From Chrysomallon squamiferum (Eukaryota; Animalia; Mollusca), in NCBI GenBank assembly GCA_012295275.1, contig CM022672.1, positions 32,798,001 through 32,862,000 of the forward strand: a DNA stretch of 64,000 nt, given 5' to 3'. Each line of letters opens with the position of its first letter. Positions within the stretch are counted from its first letter, which is position 1. The notes beneath the pieces are model-generated. The model made no database searches. It was given only the letters and a program-made list of their open reading frames with translations, and was not told where the DNA came from. Shown piece by piece: positions 1 through 12,256 of this stretch. Made by a program: the position numbers and the translations under genes.

Positions 1-149
1 TCACTTTTAGTCATCACTGGAGTAATATTTTTATTTTTATTTATTTCTTTTTGATTTATTGATTTGTTTATTTCTTTGTTTACAATTTTTCTGATGACGT
101 CAGACAGCAGTGATGACGTCATAGACACTTGATTTGATTTGAAATTTTC

Positions 150-353
150 TAATGGATTGTTTTGTGTCAAACAGACACGTGTGAAATGTATATTAACTTC
201 TCATTGCTTTATCATTTATTTATTTATTTAAGTATATCTAATGACACTAATGGATTGTTTTGTGTCAAACAGATACGTGTGAAATGTATATTAACATCTC
301 ATTGCTTTATCATTTACTTATTTATTTATTTATTGTTTAAGTATATCTAATGT
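150..353. repeat. Two-copy direct repeat (~98 bp unit)
   Basis: taatggattgttttgtgtcaaacaga(c/t)acgtgtgaaatgtatattaac...agtatatctaatg occurs at ~150 and again at ~248. Confidence 0.9.
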
Positions 354-843
354 TTTTAGTTTGTTTATAAAACTTAATATTTTTTACTATTTCTTGCTTC
401 ATTTGTACTTTTTCTATTTCGGTTTAAAATGTGTATAAAATAAAATGTAGATAAATTATATATGTACTTACTGACTGTTGGACATGAAATACAAGAACTG
501 TTATTTGATTTATTTATGAATTTTGTTTTATTCAGATTTATATTAAATATGTAAGTAAACTAGATTATGATTCAACTTTACTGTTTGTTTGTTTATGTAT
601 AAGATCTATATAAAGAAAATGTAAATAAATTTGTTTTTGTATCATGAATTCTTACATCGTTTAGTTTTGGATTTAATTTGTGTTTAGAATATAAACAGAA
701 AAATTATATAGACATGAAAATCAAGTTTTATTTTTTAGTTTCTGTAATACTTTTCTTTTCTGAATACAGCGAGTACTACATAAAGATGTTGTGAGACAGG
801 ATTCCAGAGCAGATCCAATAACTGTACTGGATGTGTGTAGTCT

Positions 844-1030
<187 letters not shown>

Positions 1031-1553
1031 GTAAAATAAAGAACAAATATACTTTAGAATAGAGTTATGAAAATACAGAGAAATTCCCAGGCTAACTTTA
1101 ATATATTATGAACAAAACTTTGAAAAATCCGGAGCTCTCTACTTCGGGTGTCTGGTGTAAATTCCAGAATAGAGTACATTTCATAAAGGTCATTTGATAA
1201 ACAATGACAACAATTAGCACGTAATTAGACTACAGCGTGGACAAGATGAATTGATCGCACTTTGTGAAATCTTAATAAACAATGATGCCAAGCTTCTTGT
1301 AATCTCTATACGCGGTATCCTCCCAACAGTCACATGGTCAGAAAAGTCATACAGTTTGGAAAGCAGTCAAGCAGTAAGTAAGCTGGGCACCCCTGTGTGG
1401 AGAATGATCAACTAGTCTTGGCTGTGTCTCACTGCTAACTGTTGTAATCACAACTCCGGTGGGAAGCTGATTAAGTGTGAACCAAACCTTGACCTGTGCT
1501 GTTATGAGCTGTATGACAAATAAGCCTGTTACTAATGGGAGGTAACCCTATAC

Positions 1554-1843
1554 CACTGGTTTTCAACCTTTTTCATACCGATGACTTATGAGCAACTCAA
1601 TATGAACGAAAATCGCTTTTAAAATTTTTGATTCAATAATATGAGGGGTTACCATATTTTCATCAAGCAAAGACAGTACAAAAGGAATCTATATTCACTA
1701 TGACGGGTCCCAAACCTATCTACTCGTTTTTATTTATTTCTCCTTCCAAGTCAAGTTGTACAAAGCTAACACATACCCTACCTGAAGAACGATCTCACAA
1801 TCCCCAGAAAAAAAGTCTGGCGACCCCAGGTTGAAAACCTATG
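1554..1843 (-). mobile_element. hAT-type MITE (copy A)
   Basis: Ends cactggttttcaacct ... aggttgaaaacctatg form imperfect TIRs. The interior is the reverse complement of 63539-63826. Flanks ccctatac/cccttcat are a decayed possible TSD. Strand is relative to copy B only. Confidence 0.8.
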
Positions 1844-2344
1844 CCCTTCATGCAGCTAAATGAACAAAATCATTATTAGTGTGATACCTAAGTGAATTCA
1901 CTCATTTAAATTAAGAGCCAACAGCAGATGTCTAAATAAATACGTATGACGCATATTTTGCTTTGTTTTATTGAATTCGTTGTAAAGCGATCTAAAAAAC
2001 AAGTCCGCTGACTGATCGCAGAATGTGTCCAGGAGACCGTTGGACAAAATGGAGGCAAGATGTATCGATATTCAACTTTCAAGTGATCTGTTTCAAATAA
2101 TAAATAAATAAATAAAAAAGAAGGCGACTAGACTTTGCCGCGGGTTTATACTAAGTTGATACACTTGTAGTTGTCAATGTTTCTAGTAGTTCAAACTAAG
2201 TATGTTGATAAACTTATAGTGAGAGTGTTTCTAGTAGTAGCACATTAAGTATTTTGATAAACTGATAGTTACATACATGTTGGTGAACCTTAAGATCATA
2301 ATGTTATTGAATTAATAGTATTTTGAAATGTATTATTTTTACAA

Positions 2345-2346
<2 letters not shown>

Positions 2347-2412
<66 letters not shown>
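2347..2412. repeat. (TTA)n microsatellite
   Basis: Direct reading; similar (TTA)n/(TAA)n runs at ~3303-3359, 4052-4108, 39504-39563, 42382-42430 and 63473-63513. Confidence 0.97.
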
Positions 2413-2415
<3 letters not shown>

Positions 2416-3132
2416 TGCTGTCCTTTTTATTAAAATGAATTTACTTTTAATCTATTTTACACTTTACAGAATTATAATGCAGTGACTGAGGGTAATGTGT
2501 AAGTAAACCTATCACTTTTGTTAATATATTATCAGATTTAAATTAAAATAACCTTCTTGGACAAGCATGTTTTTTTACAGAAACGCTTCTGATCAAGAAA
2601 TAAATTATAAGAAGAGGAAAGGCGCACGCATTTGCGTATGTCACTGTGTACTTGTGTGTGTTGTTGTGTGTATTTGTATGTATCAGTTTGTGTTTGTGTG
2701 TCTGTGTGTGTTTTTGTGTGTCGGTGTTCATTGTGTGTGTTTCTGTGTGTGTGCGAGCGTGTTACTGTTAAAACAAAACAAAATCGTTGCAAAATATAAT
2801 TACTCGTATTTTGTTTCTTAGTTGGTTCCTTACTTATCTCCCTTTCTTAAAGTTACACAGTGTATATACTATTCACCTTTATTTGAAATGTATGCGAACG
2901 TTAAAGCATGAGTCAGTGTGTAATTGAGCAAGTGTGTGACACACATCTGTTTGTATGTGTGTTTATAGGTCTATGCTTATAGGTGTATGTATGTCCGTAT
3001 ATGTGTGTATGTATCCTCCGAAGGCGGAGGATTTTACCGTTCGGTCACCGGGACATGTTTGTATGTGTGCATGTGAGAGATTATGGGTGTGCGTTCAATG
3101 GTGAAACAGGAGACGTATTTGTATGTGAAAGA

Positions 3133-3134
<2 letters not shown>

Positions 3135-3210
<76 letters not shown>
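3135..3210. repeat. (GT)n microsatellite
   Basis: Direct reading. Confidence 0.98.
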
Positions 3211-3213
<3 letters not shown>

Positions 3214-3302
3214 AGAGAGACATAGGGTACAGAAATTTTGTATGTGGAATATTGGGTGCTGGGGGATTTTAACCTACACTGATTTTTCAATGTGCATTTA
3301 TG

Positions 3303-3359
<57 letters not shown>

Positions 3360-4050
3360 TATGCTGTTGTTGGTGTTGTTATTATATTGTTATTTTGATC
3401 GTCGTATTACTTTTTCTATTTTTCTTTTATTCTATTTATCATTATTGTCTCAATCGTTATTTTTATTGTTTCGTTTTGCTTTTGTACATTTCGTTATTAA
3501 TAATGAGCAATAGATTCATCTAATAGCGTTTCTTTTTTCTATTTGTTTGTTTTAATTATTATTTACTTTTTTTTTTTTTTTTTTTCTGTACCGTGGAATT
3601 ACAATTTTTGTCTTTTTCTTTTTGTAAAATGAAGAAAATCAACAGGAGAGACATTTTTTTTCCCGCCAGCTCAGTTATTTTTTCCGCGAGAATTGCAGAT
3701 GTCAGTTATATTATTTCAGCATCAACCAATCAGCGATCAGATGAAACACACGTGGTAATTTTTTTTTACATTTAAATTTCCCTTTTTCGCGCCATTTAAA
3801 GTTTGGGAGGCTTGGTGTTAAAGGTTCATAATATTTTCAAAGTAAGAATTTACCTGACACAAAATCGAAACAAAATAAAATAAAATAAATAAATAAATAA
3901 AACCTTTTATTTCCTTGTGCAAGCAAATACAAGGCTGTATCCGGATAGAAACCTTCATTTTATTTATTTATTTTATTTGTTTCTTTTTTGCTTTATCTGT
4001 TTTTTTTTTTTTTTTTTTTTTATCTGTTTTTTTTTTTTTTTCTTCAGTTA

Positions 4051-4108
<58 letters not shown>

Positions 4109-4768
4109 TCATAACATTTGTTGTTGTCCTTCTTGCAGTAAACAACGTTAAAAGAAGCGTCAAACGTTGAACAAGAATGTGGCTAAAAAGCGCAAACAAA
4201 AATTTCATTTCTTAGGGCCGTCTTTCCGAGGCTCTGGTAAATGTTTTATTTCCATGATGAGATATAACATGTAACAAACATATTCAGTTAATTAGTGTTG
4301 TGTGATACGTGTAGTGATGTTTGTGTATGTGAATGTAAGTGTGTGTCGGGCTGAGGGTTGTAGAACGTGCTTGTTTTCGAGGGTGGAATGGATGTTTATA
4401 TACTTGCAAAACCATCAGTTTTAGTAAAGACTGTTAATTTATATCGCTGTATTATTTATATGTAACATTATGTTTTTTTATATGCTATTATATGAGTGTC
4501 ATGTAGGGGCCAGTGTTTTTGGTGTGATTGATTTTTTTTCCTCTCATATTCTGTGAACTACACAATAAATATGTATCTGTGACTGGATGACATATACTGA
4601 CTGTGATAACAAATGAAGTGAATTCTCAGGAAATGTGTTGTCTCTCATGTGAAGAGTTCAATGTATTTGGTTACCTACTTTGTTAAACTTTATTATTCAG
4701 TTTAAGCAGTTAACCTTTAAGGTATTTATGTAAACCTATAATATTAATGGTGTTTTTTTTTTTTCATT

Positions 4769-4804
<36 letters not shown>

Positions 4805-5374
4805 GTATTACTTTTTAGTTGTAATCCTAAATATTTTAATTATTAGGATACAGTGTTAAGAAAAAGAATACAAAGGTTAGTAAATATCATAAATGAATTT
4901 TGTAAATGTCTGTTTATGAATCTAGAATAGTGTGTTTTGTGATTATATAAGACTATAGTAGATTATTTAATTTGTATGATTGTTAACTTTGTGATCGTCA
5001 ATGAGATAAAAGGAATTTTTCAAAGATCCATTAAAAAATCTCAATCATAAGAAAGAAAATATGAGAATTCAGTCCACTGCAGCTTTTACAGTTAGAACAC
5101 ATTTCAGTTGACTGCAAAATGTACAGTCATTGATTTGTAGAGTAATACTTGAGAACTGACAAAAAGCAAAAGATTTATCTAAAAATAATATCGTAACATG
5201 AAATAAACTTTATCTAAGGATCCAATACTTCATCCAGTAGATCAAAACTATCATTCATTTTCAAAATAAAATTTTATTAACATTGATTTTGAAATTAATA
5301 AACTCCAGAAACAATATATTTCTGAACTGAGATATATTATCCAGGAATAACAGTTAAACAGTATTACAAATTTG

Positions 5375-5429
<55 letters not shown>

Positions 5430-6449
5430 AATAAATAAATAAATAAAAAAAAAAAAAAAAAAAAGAAATGAAAAGAAAGAAAGCAAATATTTATGAAAAA
5501 CATATATAATAAAAAGTAAATACAACAAATCACTTTTCTTTTCAATCTAATAACTATTGAAACAGCCCTATTATTGCTTATTTATTTACTATATTTAAAA
5601 TAACAAAATTTAACTTTATAACTATTTAAAGTAAAAACAGTTCACTCGTGAACCTGCTGGTTTTTAGTATTTAACAAGTTATTAATGTGTTTATCTCTTG
5701 ATTACAAAATTTGTTGAAATTACTCGTGGTTTGAGATTATGGTGTGTGGTTTCTCTCTACTGTCGCAGACGACAGAAGCTAAGACGGCATTCGGGAAGGT
5801 TCGGAATGATCCGAATGGTCACGACCAGTTTTAACGCTACTGAATCAGCGAGACTCGCGGTTTTGTTTATCAAGACTACAGTTAACCACATGCATATCCG
5901 GCGTTCACAGTTAGTGTTTATAAAAAATATTGGCAAAATAAGATAAGCCAGTACGTCCAATTTATCGAACTACGAGCAAACCTTTTATGTGAAATAAATA
6001 TTTGAGATAAAGTAATTAATAGTGGCTCTTGAATTATAACTTATAGATAAACAGGTCAAGTCGCCCAAACGGATCTTTGGCCATTTCAAGCCCGCTGCCC
6101 TGTATTAGTGTTTAAGTGTATTACAGAGTATACAGTATAACTGTAGTGTATATTATACAATATAGGCCTATATATATATTTCGCAAAGTAATATTTAAAA
6201 CTATATATGTATATACACATTTTTAATATACTAGCTGTTATGAAGTGGATAGGTATATTTAAAAATTTATTTAAATTTTTTTGTTGTGTGAAAAACATTG
6301 TTTTATATATATTTATCATGCTGATATTTTGAAGTAAAATACAGTTGTTATTGTTCTTGTTATTATTGTTGTTGTTGTTGTTGTTGTTGTAAAATCTTTT
6401 ACAACTATTAATCATGTATATTTGTTATATATTTATTTTGTATTTACAG

Positions 6450-6791
6450 ATGGTTGAATTTCCACTGGAGTCCATATTGTCCAAGATGTTTGTCATGTCA
6501 TTTCACTTGGCCTGTAGTTCTGGAATTGTCACAGTTGTGTCTGTGTTGTCTGTGCAAAATGTTTTATACAGACCAGAGGTTTGAAATTCATTTTTTGTAT
6601 TGGTATCACAAATATGATTAAGCTATTATAACATTAAACATCCAAAATTATTATTAAACAAATTTTACATAAAACATCTTTTGTATTGAAGATGAAAAAA
6701 AATACATACAAGGAAATGAATTTATTGTTTTTAAAAACAGAAAGAAGTAAAATTATTCATGAATAAAATAAATTATTTTTCCTCCATCCTA

Positions 6792-6823
<32 letters not shown>

Positions 6824-7073
6824 TATTTATGGGAAATAATCTTTTTTAAGAAAAATGTTTGACACAATGAAAGTTTTGTCACTAAACTGAAAAAAAAAAA
6901 ACTTGAAGCTTTCATTTTCCTTTTTGTTGGTTATTATGAACAATAATAAAATACAGAAAAATCTCAGCAAAATCAATTTATTCTGACTAAATAATTTGTT
7001 ATTCTAATATTTTAGGTGATATTTAAATAGTAATTTGTTTTTGTTTCCAGAGATTACCAATGATAAATTTTAT

Positions 7074-7114
<41 letters not shown>

Positions 7115-8960
7115 AACTATAATTTTATTTATTAGAGTTATCAGTAATAAATGTTACAATTTTTTAGTTAACTCATTTCATTGTTAAGGTTTATCAATGA
7201 TAAATGTAATTTATGACTTTACAGGATAAACAAGCTCTTTCTGTTCAGAAAAAAGGCCAGGTTCCTTCAGGCCAAGGATGACCACTTGACCATGTGTGTA
7301 GTGCACAGTTCAGTGAAGAACCATCACTTCTCCAGTCCTGACTGTTAAGAGAAATTTGTACAGACTCAGACACTCAGATGTACTCAACATGTTTGTAAAC
7401 AGATGCTGGGTACAATGGACAGGTAATTCAGTTTACTACCAGATTTTATAAACTTCAAAATAATAAATTACTTAATTTCATCTGAGAATGTTTTAATATT
7501 AATATTATTAGATATAATTTTATTGTTTATTTGTAAATACAGACTTTGTCATTGATTTACCAACTGTGATAACATAGCTGTAAGAGGAAATAGTCAATTG
7601 AACATGTATTTTAGAAAGTTTAAATTTAAAAATTAAGAATAAGATAAAGATTTTAGATTTTATTTGTTATCAATTTAAAAATGTAAAAAAAAAAAAAAAA
7701 AAAAAAATATATTTTTTATTTTTAAAATTATTAGATTCATACTTAAAGGTTCTCACTTGATTTGTTCAAATTTGTTTTAAACAGACACATTCCCAGATAA
7801 TAAAAAGTACAGGAACAACAAGAAATATTTTAATAAATACAGTTTGACTTTATTTTATTTTAGTTAAATTTTATTTCACTCTACATATATATTAGTTGAA
7901 AACATCACTCCAAATTCAAATGAAGACATAAAATTGTAATAGTTGTTCAAAAATGTACAATTAATGTTTTATTTCTAGAAACAAGCTGGATGTTATGTCA
8001 GAATCACCACAGAGTACAGAAATCTATTTACAGCAGATTCTTACAGCAAAGAAATCACAGGACAGTTACAGACAATCAGATGTTTTACATCAGTGCTGTT
8101 TTAACAGGCTGAGTGATTGGTAAGTAAAGTGTATGTACATTACATTTGTAATACTATTACTGACATTTTTGTTTTAAATGTATGAATGTCATGTCTGATT
8201 TTTTGGACACAAGCTGGTGTTGTACACAGAGTACAGAAATCTATTTACAGCAGATTCTTCACATCATGTTAGTTTAACTGTCTGCTTGACTGGTAAATAA
8301 ATGTAAAAGTATCTCTCACAATTTTTAATAAACTTTTTCCTCAGCCTTTCGGTAATCATGAAGTGTGATTAATAATTTTAAATGGTCTGTTTCAGATGAC
8401 AGTTATTAATTATTTTTGATAATGACAGTGTAAGAGAAAAACCCTCTACATTTTCACTGTTAATTAAGTCAATTATTTTTATGTTCAGTGTTCAATGTAC
8501 ATTTTTTAACACATGAGTAACAGACTGCACAAATCAAGATTGATACTACAATCTGTTACTTCTCAGCTCAGCTCTCTACTATTAAGTCACAAAACATCAG
8601 ATTTGAATTTTATCTAGTCTTCATTTTACATGTCAAATTGTATAATACACATTCAGAGGTAAACTTTTATAATCAGGACATATTAATACTGTTTATATAC
8701 TTCTGAATATTATTTTAGTTTGAATAAAAACACATTTATTTTTGTTTTAAATTTTCAGGTTTGTTTATAATGAGAAGTGTTAATGATAATCATCTGTTCA
8801 TTCTAAATGGCTTCTTGAGTTTGCCTCCAAGTTTTTCAAGTTTTCTGATCACACTGAACTAAGCAAGCAGAAGAAATTGTAGAAGATGAAACATCTCAAC
8901 AAAAAAATAAAAAGAAGCCAAATGCTTGAAGAATACTGAGAACTTCTAGAAAAATCCACA
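6450..8960 (+). pseudogene. DHX8: Unprocessed 3' fragment of DEAH-box helicase DHX8/Prp22 (HA2/OB region); four AG/GT-bounded exons at 6450-6578, 7225-7422, 7979-8119 and 8759-~8960
   Basis: Exon 1 [43 protein letters not shown] matches recalled DHX8 [43 protein letters not shown]. Exon 2 DKQALSVQKK/ARFLQAKDDHLTM...DC*EKFVQ...KQMLGTMDR has a +1 frameshift and a stop. Exon 3 NKLDVMS..RVQKSIYSRF..NRLSDW has deletions. Exon 4 KWLLEFASKFFKFSDHTELSKQKKL*...PNA*RI. No upstream helicase-core exons seen. Confidence 0.93.
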
Positions 8961-10159
8961 CCAAACAAAAGTTTAAAAACATTACTTGTGTGAGTCATGG
9001 ACTACACTTAGTGAATAATTTATAAAACTGTGAAACTGTGATTTCAGATTGGAAGTCACAATGTTTTTCATACAAGATGTAGTTACATATAGACCAATAT
9101 ACATGATGTTTGGACCCAATACAGCACCAAGTTCAGTCAGGTCTGTGAAAAAAAGACTTTTATTTTTTAAAATAATTTGTTAGAAATACTTGATTACTGC
9201 TTTGTAAAAAAAAGTACAGATTTTATATAAAGTTGTTTGGTCCAGGGGAGATAATTTCATTTTTCTGTTTTATTTTTTGTATTTCTTATTTTATTTAAAA
9301 AAAAATAATCTACTGAATTATCTATACCAAATATAAAATAACAAAGAACATCAAGACTTCTAGTAAAGATTTACCCAATAAAGGTATCGTAAGAAAACAT
9401 AAAATGGAAGTATATAATTTTGTGTGTTTTAGAAGATAAAATCAGAAATTAGAAATTTTCTGAATAAATAATTTTCAGATTACAAGTTATTTATTGAGCT
9501 TTTAACTTTTTTGTAAACAAATATCCTGGTTATTTTTTATTTCATTTTGTATATTTTATTATTATACTTTTGTTGGATAGATCAGAAATCTTGGTATTTT
9601 TATATTTTACAGCACTTTTGGCTCTCATCTTTAAAACCTGATCAAATGTTTTAAAACATTTTTAATTTAAAAGTTCAAAAATATTTTATATCATGCTTTT
9701 CTAAATTTTTATGTAAGGAATTTTATGTAATAATTTCTAAAATTATGTTTTTTTTTTATGAAAAAGTAGTTCCGATATTAACTTTTTTTTTTTTTGTTGA
9801 AATAAACATTTCGAATTATTTTGTATTCTGTTTTTAATTTAATATTTTTAGCTAACATTATGAAACATCCTAAGATGAGGAATATTTTTATTCAGTTTTG
9901 GTAGATTAAAAACTTAATAAACATTACAAATTCTTATATATTAGTAGCTGTACAAAATTATTTGAATTTTCTGATCCAGGGTGAGTGCATGAAATGACTA
10001 ACACAGAGAAAAAAAAATCACAGACTAGTTTAGACAGTTTATTTTAAGAAAAGTAAATAAATTTGATTACATATATTTATTTATTTGTATTTTAAAAATT
10101 GAAAAACAAAACAGATTTCACCCATTTTATCTAGTCAGTAAGAGATATAAGCATTTACT

Positions 10160-12159
10160 CAGTCTGTCAGGATTTTTTCTTTACGCTGTCAAAATAGAAG
10201 TGAAAATATCAGCCTAAGAGACACACACTGATGTACTGGGTGAACCAAAAAATATTTTCTGAACATCAACACCTCATATTTCATATGTCACAGTATGATG
10301 TGTAGACTGGGAAAACAATTCCTGACTGCAGCACTGCAAGAAGACAGCAAGTGTTATAGTTACTGATACTGCATTGGTCCCACTCTGCTGTATGAGTCAG
10401 GAAATCCATAAGCTGTGACATGTGATGTGTGAGGAAATTTCCTAGACATTGTTGGAGATGTTGTCCTGTTTCTTCGAGTTTTGTCTCTTTCCTGTGCTTT
10501 TGAATGATTAAGTGTTTTTCTTTGGCTGGTTTTAGTATTAAAGCTTCATCCTGATTTGCTCACATTTGACTGTTGTGTAGTAACACTCTACAACTTCATG
10601 ACATGTGATGTGTGAGAAGACTGAGTCGAATCTGATGTTGGACAAGAGAGTGAAGAACACACTGGTCTGAATCTGATTGGTGAGAGCACTGTCTTGTCTG
10701 TGTAAATAAATAAATCAATAAATCATTGAATCAATAAATAAATAAATAAAATACTGAATAAAAATATTAAGTAAATAAACAAACAAACAAATGAATAAAA
10801 TAGTAAATAAAATAGTAAATAAAGTATTAATCATTTTTCTTTCTTTTTCCCCCTATTCAGCTAACAAATATATTTTTTATACTATTATCGTTATAACTAC
10901 TACAACAAAAACAACAACAACAACAACTACTACTACTACTACTACAACTACTATTGTTCCTATTTCTACACCTACTTTTCATTTGACTTTTATAACAATT
11001 TCTCATGTAACTGTTATATACTCAAACTCCCTCTATTGCTACTACTATTGCAACTACTATTAGTACTGCTACTACTACTACAACTAGTACTATGACTACA
11101 GCTAGTATTTTTATGACTGTGAGTCACAAATGATACATTATGATCACAAAGCATCATCGGCTAAAATATTACCTATTACTACAAACAAGAATGATTATTA
11201 TTAAGTACTAATACTGTAACAAATACACTACAAAAATGAGTTTACTACTTCTACTGCTGTTACTGTAAGAACAACGACAACCTCTGTAGATGCTTCTGTT
11301 CCTGCCAGGCTAGTACAGATTCTTTGATGACATTTCTCTCCTGTGGTGAGCTCACAGAATTACCTCTTCTTGTGTACTGAGTAGTTTCTGAAAAACAAGC
11401 ATTTATTTGTAGATATACAAAATAGTTCTCTTTCTGACAAATACATATATTAATCACTAATGTTTTATCCTGATATATATATATATATATTTTTTTTTTT
11501 TAAATTTCTAAATTATAAATATACTAAAATTCTTAGAAACATCAAATTAGAGTGAAAACTAAAAGATGGCATAACTAATTCTTAAACTTTCAAATTTAAA
11601 CAAAATAAAGTGAACTGAATTCTGGGAGTTGAAAACGAAACAAGAAATGGTTTTTATTACTCTTACTACAAATATAAACTAACAAAAAAATGAAACAATG
11701 CAAATGGAAATAAGGAAACATGGAAGTAAACTAAGTTATCCTGCTATTTGTATACAACAATTAATTTACTTGTTATTGTAGACTATCCTTGCACTAATCT
11801 GTTTTTCTTACTCTGTATTGAGAATATTTTACCAATACCAAAACTGAGAAGAATGTAAGTAGATTGTTAAACAGAAAAGTTAATGAGTGTGTTTTTCATA
11901 CCAGTTTTATAATTTCTATCCAGAAGAACTGCTCTGCAGGAAAGACTAAGAGTTTTTCTCGTATTCTATCTCATGTGCACAGGAAGTCCTTGTATTGAAG
12001 TGGAAAAATTGAAGGGAATGTTTTGATGAGGCAAAGATTATATAAAGAATTAGGTATTCTTAACCCATCTTTCAAACATATAGCTGAAGAAAAAATAAAT
12101 AACAATGAGGCAGTTAATATCTAAAAATACAGGAAAAAATAATGATTAGGATATACGAC

Positions 12160-12256
<97 letters not shown>

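Noticed and set aside
1200-1550. Minus-strand pieces resembling an Ig motif (CHTAHNSTGQG, GAQLTYC) or an HxT motif (HVTVGRI)
   Set aside because: Motifs fall in different frames and are too short to distinguish from chance.
5698-6101. CpG-richer island with an 82-aa ORF and a possible hAT-like end (...gcccgctgccctg)
   Set aside because: No recognisable protein and no matching left TIR found.
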